From positions 114,105 to 178,104 of the forward strand of contig CAZBBK010000002.1 in assembly GCA_964490075.1 (NCBI GenBank): DNA of 64,000 bases, written 5' to 3'. Both the position numbers and the translations under genes were made by a program. This document shows positions 32,234 through 41,633 of this stretch, in pieces. Source of the DNA: an uncultured Gemmatimonadota bacterium (GTDB taxonomy: Bacteria > GCA-2686955). How positions within the stretch are numbered: position 1 is the stretch's first letter; the number at the start of each line of letters is the position of its first letter. A model generated the notes under the pieces. The model was not told the DNA's origin and did no database searches. It saw nothing but the letters and a program-made list of their open reading frames with translations.

Positions 32234-33523
32234 ATGCTGGACATCAAAGCCATTCGCGCCGAGCCTAGAACGATCGAGGAAGGGCTGCGCCGGCGCGCAC
32301 CGGATACCGATCTGAGCGAGCTGGTGAAGCACGATCGCGTCCGCCTGGAGCTGCTGCAAGGGGTGGAAAAGCTCAAGGCGCGCCGCAACGAGCTCTCGAA
32401 AGAGGTCGGGCGGCGCAAGAAGTCGGGTGAGGATGCCGACGCCCTGATCGCCGAGACCCGCACCCTAGGACAGCGGCTGGCGAGCGATCAGGCGCGCCTC
32501 GCGGAGCTGGAGCAAGAGATCCACGAGCAGTTGATCGGCCTGCCCAACCTCCCCCACGAAGAGGTCGTGCCGGGCGACGACCTCGCCGCGGCGCCGGTGG
32601 TGCACCAGGAGGGCGAGCGCCCCTCTGCTTCGGCCACCGGCGAGAACCACGTAGAGATCGCGACCCGCCTCGGCCTGCTCGATCTGCCCCGGGCCACGCG
32701 CCTGGCCGGCTCCCATTTCGCGCTCCACAGCGGCTGGGGGGCGCGCCTCGAATGGGCGCTGCTGCGCTTCATGATCGATCTCCACGTCGACGAGCTGGGC
32801 TACCGGATGATCCTGCCGCCCTTCGTCGCCAACACCGACACCCTGACCGCCTCGGGACAGCTGCCGAAGTTCGCCGACCAGGTCTATCGCTGCGCCGACG
32901 ATGATCTCTACCTGATCCCCACCGCCGAGGTGCCGCTCACCGGCCTGCATCGTTCCGAGCTGCTCGAGGAGCAGGATCTTCCCCTCTGCTACTGCGCCTA
33001 CACGCCCTGTTTCCGCCGCGAGGCCGGCGCCCACGGAGCCACCGAGCGCGGCCTGATCCGCACCCATCAGTTCAACAAGGTCGAGCTCTACCGCTTCGCG
33101 ACCCCCGAGAGCTCCTACCAGCAGCTCGAGGTGCTGGTCGAGCATGCCCAGGAGGTGGTGCGCCGCCTGGGTCTGCATTTCCGCACCCTGCGCCTGGTGG
33201 CCGGCGACCTGGCCCAGCAGGCGGCCATGACCTACGACGTGGAGGTCTACATCCCCGGCCAGGAGCGTTACTACGAAGTCTCGTCGATCTCCAACTGCGA
33301 GGCCTACCAGGCCAGGCGGGCACAGATCCGCTATCGTCCACGTGAGGGCGGCAAGCCGCGCTTCGTGCACACGCTGAACGGCTCCGCCCTGGCGACGTCG
33401 CGCCTGATGGCCGCGTTGCTCGAGAGCTACGTGCGACCGGACGGCGCTCTGGAGATTCCCGAGGTGCTGCGCCCCCACCTCGGAGGAGCCGCGGCGATCG
33501 ATCCCGAGGGCAGTGCCTCATGA
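32234..33523 (+). CDS. serS: Serine--tRNA ligase
   Basis: 'MLDIKAIR', 'LIPTAEVP', 'CFRREAG', 'HQFNKVE', 'EVSSISNC', 'HTLNGSALA'. Confidence 0.97.
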   Translation: MLDIKAIRAEPRTIEEGLRRRAPDTDLSELVKHDRVRLELLQGVEKLKARRNELSKEVGRRKKSGEDADALIAETRTLGQRLASDQARLAELEQEIHEQLIGLPNLPHEEVVPGDDLAAAPVVHQEGERPSASATGENHVEIATRLGLLDLPRATRLAGSHFALHSGWGARLEWALLRFMIDLHVDELGYRMILPPFVANTDTLTASGQLPKFADQVYRCADDDLYLIPTAEVPLTGLHRSELLEEQDLPLCYCAYTPCFRREAGAHGATERGLIRTHQFNKVELYRFATPESSYQQLEVLVEHAQEVVRRLGLHFRTLRLVAGDLAQQAAMTYDVEVYIPGQERYYEVSSISNCEAYQARRAQIRYRPREGGKPRFVHTLNGSALATSRLMAALLESYVRPDGALEIPEVLRPHLGGAAAIDPEGSAS

Positions 33524-34434
33524 TGATTCGGATCCAGCTCCTGGCGGCCGTGCTGGCGGCCGGTGCCGCGAGCGGCGCGGCCGTGGACGGCGCCGGAACG
33601 CAGGGCTATGCGTGGATTCGCAATACGCAGGGTCCGCGCGCCGCGGCAATGGGCGGAGCGATGAGCGCCGCCGCGGCCCCCCTGGATGCCTTGTACTGGA
33701 ATCCGGCCGCCCTCGCGGGCAGCCTCGATCCAGCATTCGAGATCGGCTACCTCCGCGCCTTCGAGGGCGTCAACGCCGCCCACCTGAGCGCCGTGCGGCC
33801 ATTGGCGAATGGCGCGCTGGGCTACGCGATGCAGGCGAGCTCGTACGGCGATCTCGACGAGGTCAACGAGACCGGCATCGCCACCGGCGAGAGCTTCCGC
33901 CCCTATACCTTCGCCGCCGCCGCCGGCTATGCCGTGACGCTGCGCGAGTGGCGGCTCGGGGCCACCCTCAGAGCTCTGACTCAAGGCATCGACGAGGATC
34001 GTTCCAGCGCGTGTGCGGCCGATCTCGGGGTCATCTGGAGGGCCGACTCCTTCCGCGCCGGGGTCTCGTTGCGCCACTTGGGCTTCGAGATCGACGCCCT
34101 GCGCGACACGAAGGAGTCGTTGCCGCTGACCGCGGCCCTCGGCGCGGCGTGGAGCCAAAACGACTGGAGCCTGGGCGCCGATCTCGACTACTCGGAAAGC
34201 GCCGGAACGCAGCTGCGTGCCGGCGGCGAGTACATCCACGAGCAGATTTTGGCCCTCCGGGCGGGCTACTCGTCGCTCGGACGGAGCCAGGCCTTCGATC
34301 CCTCGGTGATCGACGGACTCTCTCTGGGCGCCGGCGTGCTGCTGGCATCGGGTCTGACCTTCCAGTACGCCGCGACCTTCCAGGGCGACCTGGGCGTCGC
34401 GCAACGTGCCTCGATGGGCTACGACTTTCGCTGA
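33520..34434 (+). CDS. PorV/PorQ-like (UPF0164) outer-membrane beta-barrel protein
   Basis: Signal peptide; 'GPRAAAMGGA', 'ALYWNPAAL', 'ALRAGY', 'GLSLGAG', C-terminal 'MGYDF'. Confidence 0.8.
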   Translation: MMIRIQLLAAVLAAGAASGAAVDGAGTQGYAWIRNTQGPRAAAMGGAMSAAAAPLDALYWNPAALAGSLDPAFEIGYLRAFEGVNAAHLSAVRPLANGALGYAMQASSYGDLDEVNETGIATGESFRPYTFAAAAGYAVTLREWRLGATLRALTQGIDEDRSSACAADLGVIWRADSFRAGVSLRHLGFEIDALRDTKESLPLTAALGAAWSQNDWSLGADLDYSESAGTQLRAGGEYIHEQILALRAGYSSLGRSQAFDPSVIDGLSLGAGVLLASGLTFQYAATFQGDLGVAQRASMGYDFR

Positions 34435-34448
34435 CGAAGGGGCCAACC

Positions 34449-35708
34449 ATGGGCGATGGGAGTCGTTTGCCGACCTCGATCGCGGCCTACCTGCGGCCCT
34501 CCTTCGAGCTGGCCTACCGGCTCACCTGCGACCTGGACCAGGCCGCCGCGGTGGCCGAGGAGGCGCTGATCCGCGCCGCGCGCATGCGCGCCCGAGCCGG
34601 ACGCGAAGCCCTCGATCTGTGTTTCCGCGAGGTGGTCGCCTCGTGCCGGGGCAGCGGCGGGCGGGCGGCGCCCGCCGAGCGCTGGGATCTGCACGAAGAG
34701 GCGTCGGAGCTGCGGCGCAAGGTGCGCGCGGCGATCCCCGGCTTGCCGATGCCGGCGCGCGCGGCGCTGGTGCTGCGCGAGGCCTTCGAGCTGCCCGACG
34801 AGGAGATCGCCGAGATCGTCGGCGTGGAGCCGAGCAAGGTGGCGGAGCTGGTGGACGCAGCGCGCATTCGACTGGCCAGCCCCGCGGCCTGGTCGACCGG
34901 CATGGCGCCGGCCCAGGCCTGGCGCCCGGCGGCGCTGGGAACCGCCGCACGCGGGATCTGCGCCCAGGTGCGGGCCAGCCACCACGACGAGGTCGACGGG
35001 CGTCCGCCGGCGCTCGATCGCGAGACCCTCGATCAGCATCATGGAACCTGCGCGGCCTGCCGGCGACACAGCGAGCTGATTCGACTCGCCCACGAGCTGA
35101 CCGCGCTCGCCACACCGCCCTCCCTCGCCGACTCCTTCTGGAGCGAACGCAAGGCCGCCCTCGAAGCACGCTGGCGGCGCACCCGCCTGGTGGCGCCGCG
35201 CGGGCGCCGGCCCAGCGCGATGGCGCTGGGAATGGCGGGGCTGCTGGTGGTGCTGGTGGCGCTGCTGCTGCCCTGGCCTGGCGCCGATCGGCGCGGCGAA
35301 ACACCGCCCCGAGACACGCCAGCGGGCGGCGTCGAGACCCCGCGCGAGGCGGCGCGACCCACGGCGGAAAGCGTGCGCCGGGAACCGGGCGCCGAGTCAC
35401 GGCCGACACCACCCGAGCTGCGTGATACGCCCCCGGCGGACGATCCCATCCCGCGCCCGCATCTGGCACCGGCCGCGGCTCCGCCACCCACGCCGAACAG
35501 GGCCGCGGAGGAGACGGAGGTGGACTCGCCGGAGGCACGCTCCGACACCACCGCTCGGGCGGCGGCCGACACGGCGGCGGCCGACACGGCCACGGTCGAG
35601 CTCGACACGCTGCGTCTCGACGAGCTGCGGCGCCTGCTCGAGGCCTATCCGGAGGTTCGACCGGGCCAGGCGGCGCTGCGCCCGCTCACGCCGCGACGGG
35701 AGCGTTGA
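34449..35708 (+). CDS. ECF-sigma-like protein fused to zinc-finger (ZAS) anti-sigma domain, TM helix and Pro-rich tail
   Basis: 'AYRLTCDLDQAAAVAEEA' (region 2-like); 'LPMPARAALVLR...EEIAEIVG' (region 4); 'C..V...HHGTCAAC' ZAS; 'LGMAGLLVVLVALLL' TM. Confidence 0.7.
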   Translation: MGDGSRLPTSIAAYLRPSFELAYRLTCDLDQAAAVAEEALIRAARMRARAGREALDLCFREVVASCRGSGGRAAPAERWDLHEEASELRRKVRAAIPGLPMPARAALVLREAFELPDEEIAEIVGVEPSKVAELVDAARIRLASPAAWSTGMAPAQAWRPAALGTAARGICAQVRASHHDEVDGRPPALDRETLDQHHGTCAACRRHSELIRLAHELTALATPPSLADSFWSERKAALEARWRRTRLVAPRGRRPSAMALGMAGLLVVLVALLLPWPGADRRGETPPRDTPAGGVETPREAARPTAESVRREPGAESRPTPPELRDTPPADDPIPRPHLAPAAAPPPTPNRAAEETEVDSPEARSDTTARAAADTAAADTATVELDTLRLDELRRLLEAYPEVRPGQAALRPLTPRRER

Positions 35709-35718
35709 CGCCGACCGC

Positions 35719-36321
35719 CTACCGCCCCCCGCCCCGCTTCAGCCCGCTCCAGTTGCGCGACTGCACCCCGACCGCCACCTGCAGCTCCTGCGACACCGTG
35801 TAGATCTGGTCGCCGGGGTTGGCGCCGTCGTTGTTGGCGGCGTTGCCGGCGGCGTAGAAGGTCACCGGCCCGACATCGCTGCCCGGAGCGATCCATTCGA
35901 AGCTCCATGACACCGGCCCATCGGCGGTCCCGGCGAAGGTCCCGGCGCTGGTGTGCATGATGTAGCCGCTGTCGAGCTGCGTGTGGTCCGCGTCGCTCGC
36001 GACCAGCGTGCCGACCTGGGTGTGGGCGGAGTCGAAGGCCACCAGCTCGAATCCCCAGCGGACCGCGCCGCTCTCCGTCAGGCGCACCTCGAGGTCGTGG
36101 GTCTGCCCCGGCTGATAGTCGGATGGGGCGAGAATCTCCAGCACTCCGGGGCCGGAGTTCAGCACCCCGGAATGGCAGTTGACGGTGCAGTTGGAGCCGC
36201 CGGGCTCACCGGCGCGACCGATCGGCGGACCGTCGGAGAAGGCAAGCGCCAGAGGGGGAAGGGCCACGGTCGCGAAGAGCGCGGCACTCGCGCCCGCTGC
36301 TGCGAGATGAAGAACCGTCAC
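35719..36321 (-). CDS. Secreted Reeler-like (choice-of-anchor V type) domain protein
   Basis: AGGAGA RBS and GTG start; signal peptide; 'FSDGPP...CTVNCH', 'WGFEL', 'WSFEWIAP', 'FYAAGNAANND...GDQIY'. Confidence 0.8.
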   Translation of the reverse strand: MTVLHLAAAGASAALFATVALPPLALAFSDGPPIGRAGEPGGSNCTVNCHSGVLNSGPGVLEILAPSDYQPGQTHDLEVRLTESGAVRWGFELVAFDSAHTQVGTLVASDADHTQLDSGYIMHTSAGTFAGTADGPVSWSFEWIAPGSDVGPVTFYAAGNAANNDGANPGDQIYTVSQELQVAVGVQSRNWSGLKRGGGR

Positions 36322-37052
36322 GATTTCTCGTCTCCTGATTGGAAGGACTGGGAGGAAGGGACGATGCCGAGATGCCGTCCCGCGTGGCGGCCCCAGAGGG
36401 CGACCGCCAGGTAGATCGAGGTGTCGCGCCACCGCTCCGGCAGGACCGGCGCGGGCGCGGAGCGGCCGAGCGGCAGTGAGAGCTCGGCGCAGCGCGTCGG
36501 CAATCCGGCCGGAGGAATCGCATCGGGCGGCAGCTCGAGCCGGCCGGCGCCGAGCGCGGCCGCCGCTTCCGCCAGCATCGAGCCGGTTTCGCCCGCCGTC
36601 TCGGCGGTGCCGCCGCGGGGCGTGCTCCAATCGGAGACCCGCTCCACGCGCGCCCCGATTCCGAGCGCACGCAGCATCAGAGCCAGCAGGTCTCGGTTCA
36701 GTGCCGCCGGGGCCTGCGCCCGATCGATCGTGGCCGCCAGATCGTCCCGCATGGCCGCATGGTAGGTCGAACCGGCGCAGGCATGGTCGAGGGCCGCCAG
36801 CAGCTTGCGTCTCCAGCGCGCCCCGGGCGCCAGGCACAGCTCGGCGATGGAGTGGCGCGAGCCGCCGAGCACCGGCATCGAGAAGGGCCGCGGCGGTATC
36901 GGAATGCGCGTGACGGGGGTGCGGCGGCGATGCGGCAGATGATCGGCGAGCAGTACGACGGCGGCGCGATCGAGGCCGGCGAAGAAGGGGACGGCCGGCA
37001 GGCAGTCGGGGCGGCGGGCCGTGATCAGGAGCGCATCGGTTGCATCGGGCAT
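36318..37052 (-). CDS. Divergent WbqC-family protein
   Basis: N-terminus 'ARRPDCLPAVPFFAGLDRAAVVLLAD' resembles the WbqC 'QPxYLPW..FF..I..AD.FV.LD' pattern; 'WRRKLLAAL'. Confidence 0.55.
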   Translation of the reverse strand: MPDATDALLITARRPDCLPAVPFFAGLDRAAVVLLADHLPHRRRTPVTRIPIPPRPFSMPVLGGSRHSIAELCLAPGARWRRKLLAALDHACAGSTYHAAMRDDLAATIDRAQAPAALNRDLLALMLRALGIGARVERVSDWSTPRGGTAETAGETGSMLAEAAAALGAGRLELPPDAIPPAGLPTRCAELSLPLGRSAPAPVLPERWRDTSIYLAVALWGRHAGRHLGIVPSSQSFQSGDEKS

Positions 37053-37153
37053 GGCGGGAATCGAGGGGAGGGAGGCATTCGGAGCGCTAGCCTACTCTCA
37101 GGGCGCCACGCCCGCGCGCTCGGAACCTCCGAGAGCTCGACATGGTATGAGCG

Positions 37154-38137
37154 ATGCCGGAGGCGCGTATCTCAGCGATGCAATCGACCTGGCCGCTCGC
37201 AGCACGGAGTCGGCCGCCGGCCCATCGGCGGCGTGCCCTGATGGTGGCGTGCGCCTGGTCGCTGCTCCTCCACCTGCTGCTCCTGGTCCTGCCTCTGGGC
37301 GGCCCGCCGCGGGCGGCGCGCTCGCCTGCATCCGCCCCCTTGGAGCTCGTCTTCCCGCCGCCGCGATCGGAGCGCGCCCGCCTGGCGCCGCCCCAGCCGG
37401 AGTCGGCGCAGCTCCCCGACGCACCCGACACCCCCTTCGTATCGGAGCGCGACACGCGCGCGCAGGACCGCGTCCCGGGCGGTGAGGATCGCATTCGGGC
37501 GCGCTCCACGGGGGAGCTGCCGATCGCCGAGCTGCAGCGTGCCAGCTCCGCCATCGAGCGCCAGGCCGCGGCCGCACGAGCCGCGGAGTCGAGCCCGCCG
37601 CGGGCGGCGCCCCGGCAGAAGCCCCCCGCCGCAGGCGACGGGCACGCCCCTCCGGCCTTCCCCCAGACGCCGCCGCCCGGTCCACGCTACTTGCGCCTCC
37701 CGGCCGCCGGCGCTCCCGCTCCGCAGCCGCAGGGCGCGCGGCTGACCCTGGAAGCCCCCTCCGCCAACGCCACCGGCCACGGCGATCTGGCGCTCAGCAC
37801 CTATGCCTGGCGCTGGGTCCCCTACATGCGCGCCCTGCGGGATCGCATCGAGCGCAACCTGCACCCCCCGCCCGCGTTCGCGCGCCTGGGCGTCATCGAA
37901 GGGGAGACCCGGCTGCGCTTTCGCATCCATCCCGACGGCCACCTCGATGGCCCCCTCCTGCTGAGCTCTTCGGGGCACGAGTCGTTGGACCAGGCCAGCC
38001 TCCACAGCGTGCGCGCGGCAGCGCCGATGGCGCCGCTGCCGGACGATTTCCCCGACCAGCGACTCGACGTCGTCTTCACCTACTACTATTTCGTCCCCGA
38101 TTGGGCTCGGCGGCGGCTGCGACCGCCCGCGCGTTGA
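37154..38137 (+). CDS. TonB-family energy transducer
   Basis: TM with 'SLLLHLL', Pro-rich linker, C-terminal 'FRIHPDG...SSGHESLDQAS...PLP'; start uncertain. Confidence 0.82.
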   Translation: MPEARISAMQSTWPLAARSRPPAHRRRALMVACAWSLLLHLLLLVLPLGGPPRAARSPASAPLELVFPPPRSERARLAPPQPESAQLPDAPDTPFVSERDTRAQDRVPGGEDRIRARSTGELPIAELQRASSAIERQAAAARAAESSPPRAAPRQKPPAAGDGHAPPAFPQTPPPGPRYLRLPAAGAPAPQPQGARLTLEAPSANATGHGDLALSTYAWRWVPYMRALRDRIERNLHPPPAFARLGVIEGETRLRFRIHPDGHLDGPLLLSSSGHESLDQASLHSVRAAAPMAPLPDDFPDQRLDVVFTYYYFVPDWARRRLRPPAR

Positions 38138-38169
38138 GCCCATTCGCGACGAAAGCTGGATTCCCCATC

Positions 38170-38832
38170 ATGCTCGAGCTCCTGCGCAGCGGCGGCGTGC
38201 TCATGATCCCCTTGCTGCTCTGCTCGATCGCCGCGCTGGCGGTGACCCTGGAGCGGCTGCACGCGCTGCGCCCCTCGCGCGTGGTACGCCCCGAGATCTC
38301 CGCGGTGCTCGACGCCGCCCACGATGAAGAGGGGGTGGCGACCGTGCGCGAGATCTGCCGCCGGCACCCGGGGCCCTTCGCGCGCATCGTCGCGGTCTGC
38401 CTGGAGGCGCGCGCCCTGGCGCCGGAGGAGGCGCGCGAGATCGTCAGCGACGTTGGTCGCCGCGAGGTGCACGAGATCCGGCGCGGCCTGCCGGTGCTGG
38501 AGACCATCGCCGGAGTGGCGCCGCTCCTGGGTCTGCTCGGCACGGTGTTCGGCATGATCCGGGTGTTTCGGATCATGGCCCAGGGCGGGATCGGGCAGGC
38601 CGAGGTGCTCTCCGGCGGGATCTCCGAAGCACTGGTCACCACCGCCACCGGGTTGGCGATCGCCATCCCCGCCTTCGTGGCCCACAGCTACTTTTCGCAC
38701 AAGACCGAGGATCTGGTGGTCGAGATCGAGGAGCGGGTCAACCGCTTCCTGCGTCACCTGGCGCGCTCGGCGCGCGGCCTGCCGGCGCCGGCGGGAGCGG
38801 GCGACGGAATCGAGACGGGATCCGAGCGGTGA
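38170..38832 (+). CDS. exbB: MotA/TolQ/ExbB proton channel protein
   Basis: 'APLLGLLGTVFGMI', 'GGISEALVTTATGLAIAIPA'. Confidence 0.9.
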   Translation: MLELLRSGGVLMIPLLLCSIAALAVTLERLHALRPSRVVRPEISAVLDAAHDEEGVATVREICRRHPGPFARIVAVCLEARALAPEEAREIVSDVGRREVHEIRRGLPVLETIAGVAPLLGLLGTVFGMIRVFRIMAQGGIGQAEVLSGGISEALVTTATGLAIAIPAFVAHSYFSHKTEDLVVEIEERVNRFLRHLARSARGLPAPAGAGDGIETGSER

Positions 38833-39242
38833 AGCTCCCGCGCCAGCCGAGCCGCCGCCCGGTGCAGGTCAGCCTGACCAGCCTGATCGACGTGCTCTTC
38901 ATCCTGATCATCTTCTTCACGGTCAGCTCGACCTGGAAGGAGCAGCCGGTCCTGGAGCTCGACCTGCCGGCGGCCGGCACCGCCAGCGCCCAGCCCGTGG
39001 AGGACGTGGTGATCACCATCGATGCGGCGGGCCGGATCTACTTCGGAGAGACCCCGATCGACGAGGAGCATCTGGGACCCGAGCTGGAACGGGCGCTCGT
39101 CCCCAGCGGCGATCCCCCGCCGGTGCTGATCGCCGCGGACCAGGAGGCACCCCACGGAGCGGTGGTGCGGGTGCTCGACGCGGCACGGGCCCGAGGGGCG
39201 CGACGGGTGCTGATCTCGGCCCGGATGCCGTCCCAGGATTGA
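38829..39242 (+). CDS. exbD: ExbD/TolR biopolymer transport protein
   Basis: 'LTSLIDVLFILIIFF', 'LIAADQEAPHGAVVRVLD'. Confidence 0.9.
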   Translation: MKLPRQPSRRPVQVSLTSLIDVLFILIIFFTVSSTWKEQPVLELDLPAAGTASAQPVEDVVITIDAAGRIYFGETPIDEEHLGPELERALVPSGDPPPVLIAADQEAPHGAVVRVLDAARARGARRVLISARMPSQD

Positions 39243-39325
39243 GGGTCCGCGCAGCCGACCGCGCCCGCTCGACGCGAAGGGGGTAAGATCGACCCCTCAC
39301 ACCCGCCCCCCGACCGGAGAGCCCC

Positions 39326-40879
39326 TTGTTCACCCTCGCCGAGAGCATCGTCTTGAGCGTGGCATGCGCCGTGCTCGGCGGTGCCCTGGTCGCCCTGGCG
39401 GCGCGCCGCGGGACGCTCGAGGCACTGCGCGGGGCGGAGCAGATCGCCGCCGCCGCGCGCCGCGAGGCGCGTCAAACGATCGAGCGGGCGGCCCTGGAAG
39501 GCGGAGCAGTGGCGGAGCGGATGCGCCAGGAGGCCGGCCGCATCGCCGCGGCGCGGCGGCAGCGCCTGCACCGCTACAAGCGCCGGCTCTTCGCCCTGCG
39601 GGCCGCATATCGCTCCGCGCGCGCGGAGCTCGACGAGACGCGCCGCGAGCTGGAGCGGCGCGCGCAGGCGATCGCCACCAGAGAGAAGGAGTTCGACCAC
39701 CGCAAGGCCGAGCTCGACCAGGCGATCCGCGACAAGCAGGAGGCGCTCTCGCGCCTCGCCGGGATGGGCAAGGAGGAGGCCTGCCGGCGCCTGCGCGAAG
39801 AGCTGCGTGGCGAGGTTCGCGCCGAGGCGGCCTGGGAGATCCAGCGCCAGCGGGAGCTCGCGGCCCAGCGCGCCCAGGAAGAGGCGCGCCACGTCATCGT
39901 GGCCGCCATCGAGCGCTGCTCGGCTCCCCACACCGCCGAGCACACGGTGGCGGTCGTTCCGCTCTCCGACGAGGCGCTGAAAGGGAGGGTGATCGGGCGC
40001 GATGGGCGCAACATCCGCGCCTTCGAGTCGGCCACCGGGGTCGACCTCCTGATCGACGATCAGCCCGACTGCCTGGTGCTGAGCGCCTACGATCCGGTCA
40101 AACGCGAGATTGCCCGCCGTTCGCTCGGCGCGCTGATCGAGAACGGTCGAATCACGCCCGAGACCATCGACCAGGTGGTCGAAGGGGAGCGGGAGCGCTT
40201 GACCGAGGTGATGCTCTCGGCGGCGCGCGAGGTGATCGACGAGCTCGAGATCGGTCCGGTCGATCCCGAGCTGGTCGGACTGCTCGGGCGGCTGCGCTTC
40301 CGCACCTCGTACACCCAGAACGTGCTCAATCACAGCCGTGAGGTGGCGCTGCTCGCCGACCGGCTGGCGACCGAGCTCGGTCTGCCCTACTCCCACACCT
40401 TGTGCCGCCGGGCGGGCCTCTTTCACGATGTCGGCAAGGCGATCGACCGGGCCGGCACCCACGCCGCGGTCGGGGCCCAGACACTGCGCCGCTGCGGCGA
40501 GGACGAGCTGGTGGCCGAGGCGGTCGGCGGCCACCACGACGATCCCGGCACCAAGAGCCCGCTGGTGGCGATCGTCGCGGCCGCCGACGCGATCAGCGGT
40601 TCGCGGCCAGGGGCCCGGCGCCAGTCGGCGGCGCAGCATATCGATCGACTGACCAAGCTGGAGGAACTCGGGGCGCGTCTCCCGGGCGTGGAGCGCTGCT
40701 ACGCGGTCCAGGCCGGGCGCGAAGTCCGGGTCCTGGTCCATCCCAACGAGGTCGACGATCGCCAGGCCCGCATCCTGGCGGGCGACCTGGCCCACCGCAT
40801 CGCCGAAGAGATCCGTTTTCCGGGAGAGATCAAGGTCACGGTCATTCGCGAAACCAAGGCGGTTACCTATGCCCACTGA
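39326..40879 (+). CDS. rny: Ribonuclease Y
   Basis: N-terminal TM and coiled coil; KH 'KGRVIGRDGRNIR'; HD 'FHDVGKA'; 'AADAISGSRPGARR'; 'QAGREVRV'; 'PGEIKVTVIRE'. Confidence 0.94.
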   Translation: MFTLAESIVLSVACAVLGGALVALAARRGTLEALRGAEQIAAAARREARQTIERAALEGGAVAERMRQEAGRIAAARRQRLHRYKRRLFALRAAYRSARAELDETRRELERRAQAIATREKEFDHRKAELDQAIRDKQEALSRLAGMGKEEACRRLREELRGEVRAEAAWEIQRQRELAAQRAQEEARHVIVAAIERCSAPHTAEHTVAVVPLSDEALKGRVIGRDGRNIRAFESATGVDLLIDDQPDCLVLSAYDPVKREIARRSLGALIENGRITPETIDQVVEGERERLTEVMLSAAREVIDELEIGPVDPELVGLLGRLRFRTSYTQNVLNHSREVALLADRLATELGLPYSHTLCRRAGLFHDVGKAIDRAGTHAAVGAQTLRRCGEDELVAEAVGGHHDDPGTKSPLVAIVAAADAISGSRPGARRQSAAQHIDRLTKLEELGARLPGVERCYAVQAGREVRVLVHPNEVDDRQARILAGDLAHRIAEEIRFPGEIKVTVIRETKAVTYAH

Positions 40880-41633
40880 TTCCGCCGCCTCCCAGAACGA
40901 GCGGCCGGAGCTGTCGATCGTGGTCCCGACCTTCAACGAAGAGGGGATCATCGAGGAATCGGTGGCGCGGCTGATCGCCTCGCTGCGCGGCTCGACGACC
41001 TTCGAGCTCTTGCTCTCCGACGACGGATCGACCGATGGCACACCCGAGCTGCTGCGCGTGCTGGCCTCCCGGCATCCGGAGATCCGCGCCCTGGGTCACC
41101 CGGTCAACCGCGGCAAAGGGGCGGCGACCCGCGACGGAGTGATGTCCAGCCGCGGTCGCCGGGTGCTCTACACCGACGCCGACCTGGTCTACGATATGGG
41201 CGACCTGAATCGCTATTCCGCGGCCCTGGAGGCCGGCGCCGACCTGGCGATCGGCAGCCGAGGGCACCCCGATTCGCGCTTTGTGCTTCATCCCAACTTC
41301 TTTCCCTACCTGAGCCTACGCCACCGGATCGGGGTCAGCTACATTGCCTTGGTGAACGCCATTCTGGGCCTCGATGTCAGCGACACGCAATGCGGTTTCA
41401 AGATGATCCGTGGCGACGTCGGGCGCGAGCTCTTCGGAGCGACCACGATCGACGATTTCGCCTTCGACGTGGAGTTGCTCTGCCTGGCCCGGAAAAGAGG
41501 GCTGAAGATCGTGGAGCTGCCGGTTCGCCTGCACTATCGCGGGAGCCCGTCGAGTGTGCGCCTGATGCGGGACGCTCCCTGCATGATCCTGGATCTCTTG
41601 GCGATCCGCCGGCGTGTGGGGAGGTTGTCGTGA
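40869..41633 (+). CDS. GT2 glycosyltransferase (polyprenol-phosphate glycosyltransferase-like)
   Basis: 'SIVVPTFNE', 'DDGSTD', 'NRGKG', 'DAD', 'DTQCGFK', 'FAFDVELL'. Confidence 0.9.
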   Translation: MPTDSAASQNERPELSIVVPTFNEEGIIEESVARLIASLRGSTTFELLLSDDGSTDGTPELLRVLASRHPEIRALGHPVNRGKGAATRDGVMSSRGRRVLYTDADLVYDMGDLNRYSAALEAGADLAIGSRGHPDSRFVLHPNFFPYLSLRHRIGVSYIALVNAILGLDVSDTQCGFKMIRGDVGRELFGATTIDDFAFDVELLCLARKRGLKIVELPVRLHYRGSPSSVRLMRDAPCMILDLLAIRRRVGRLS

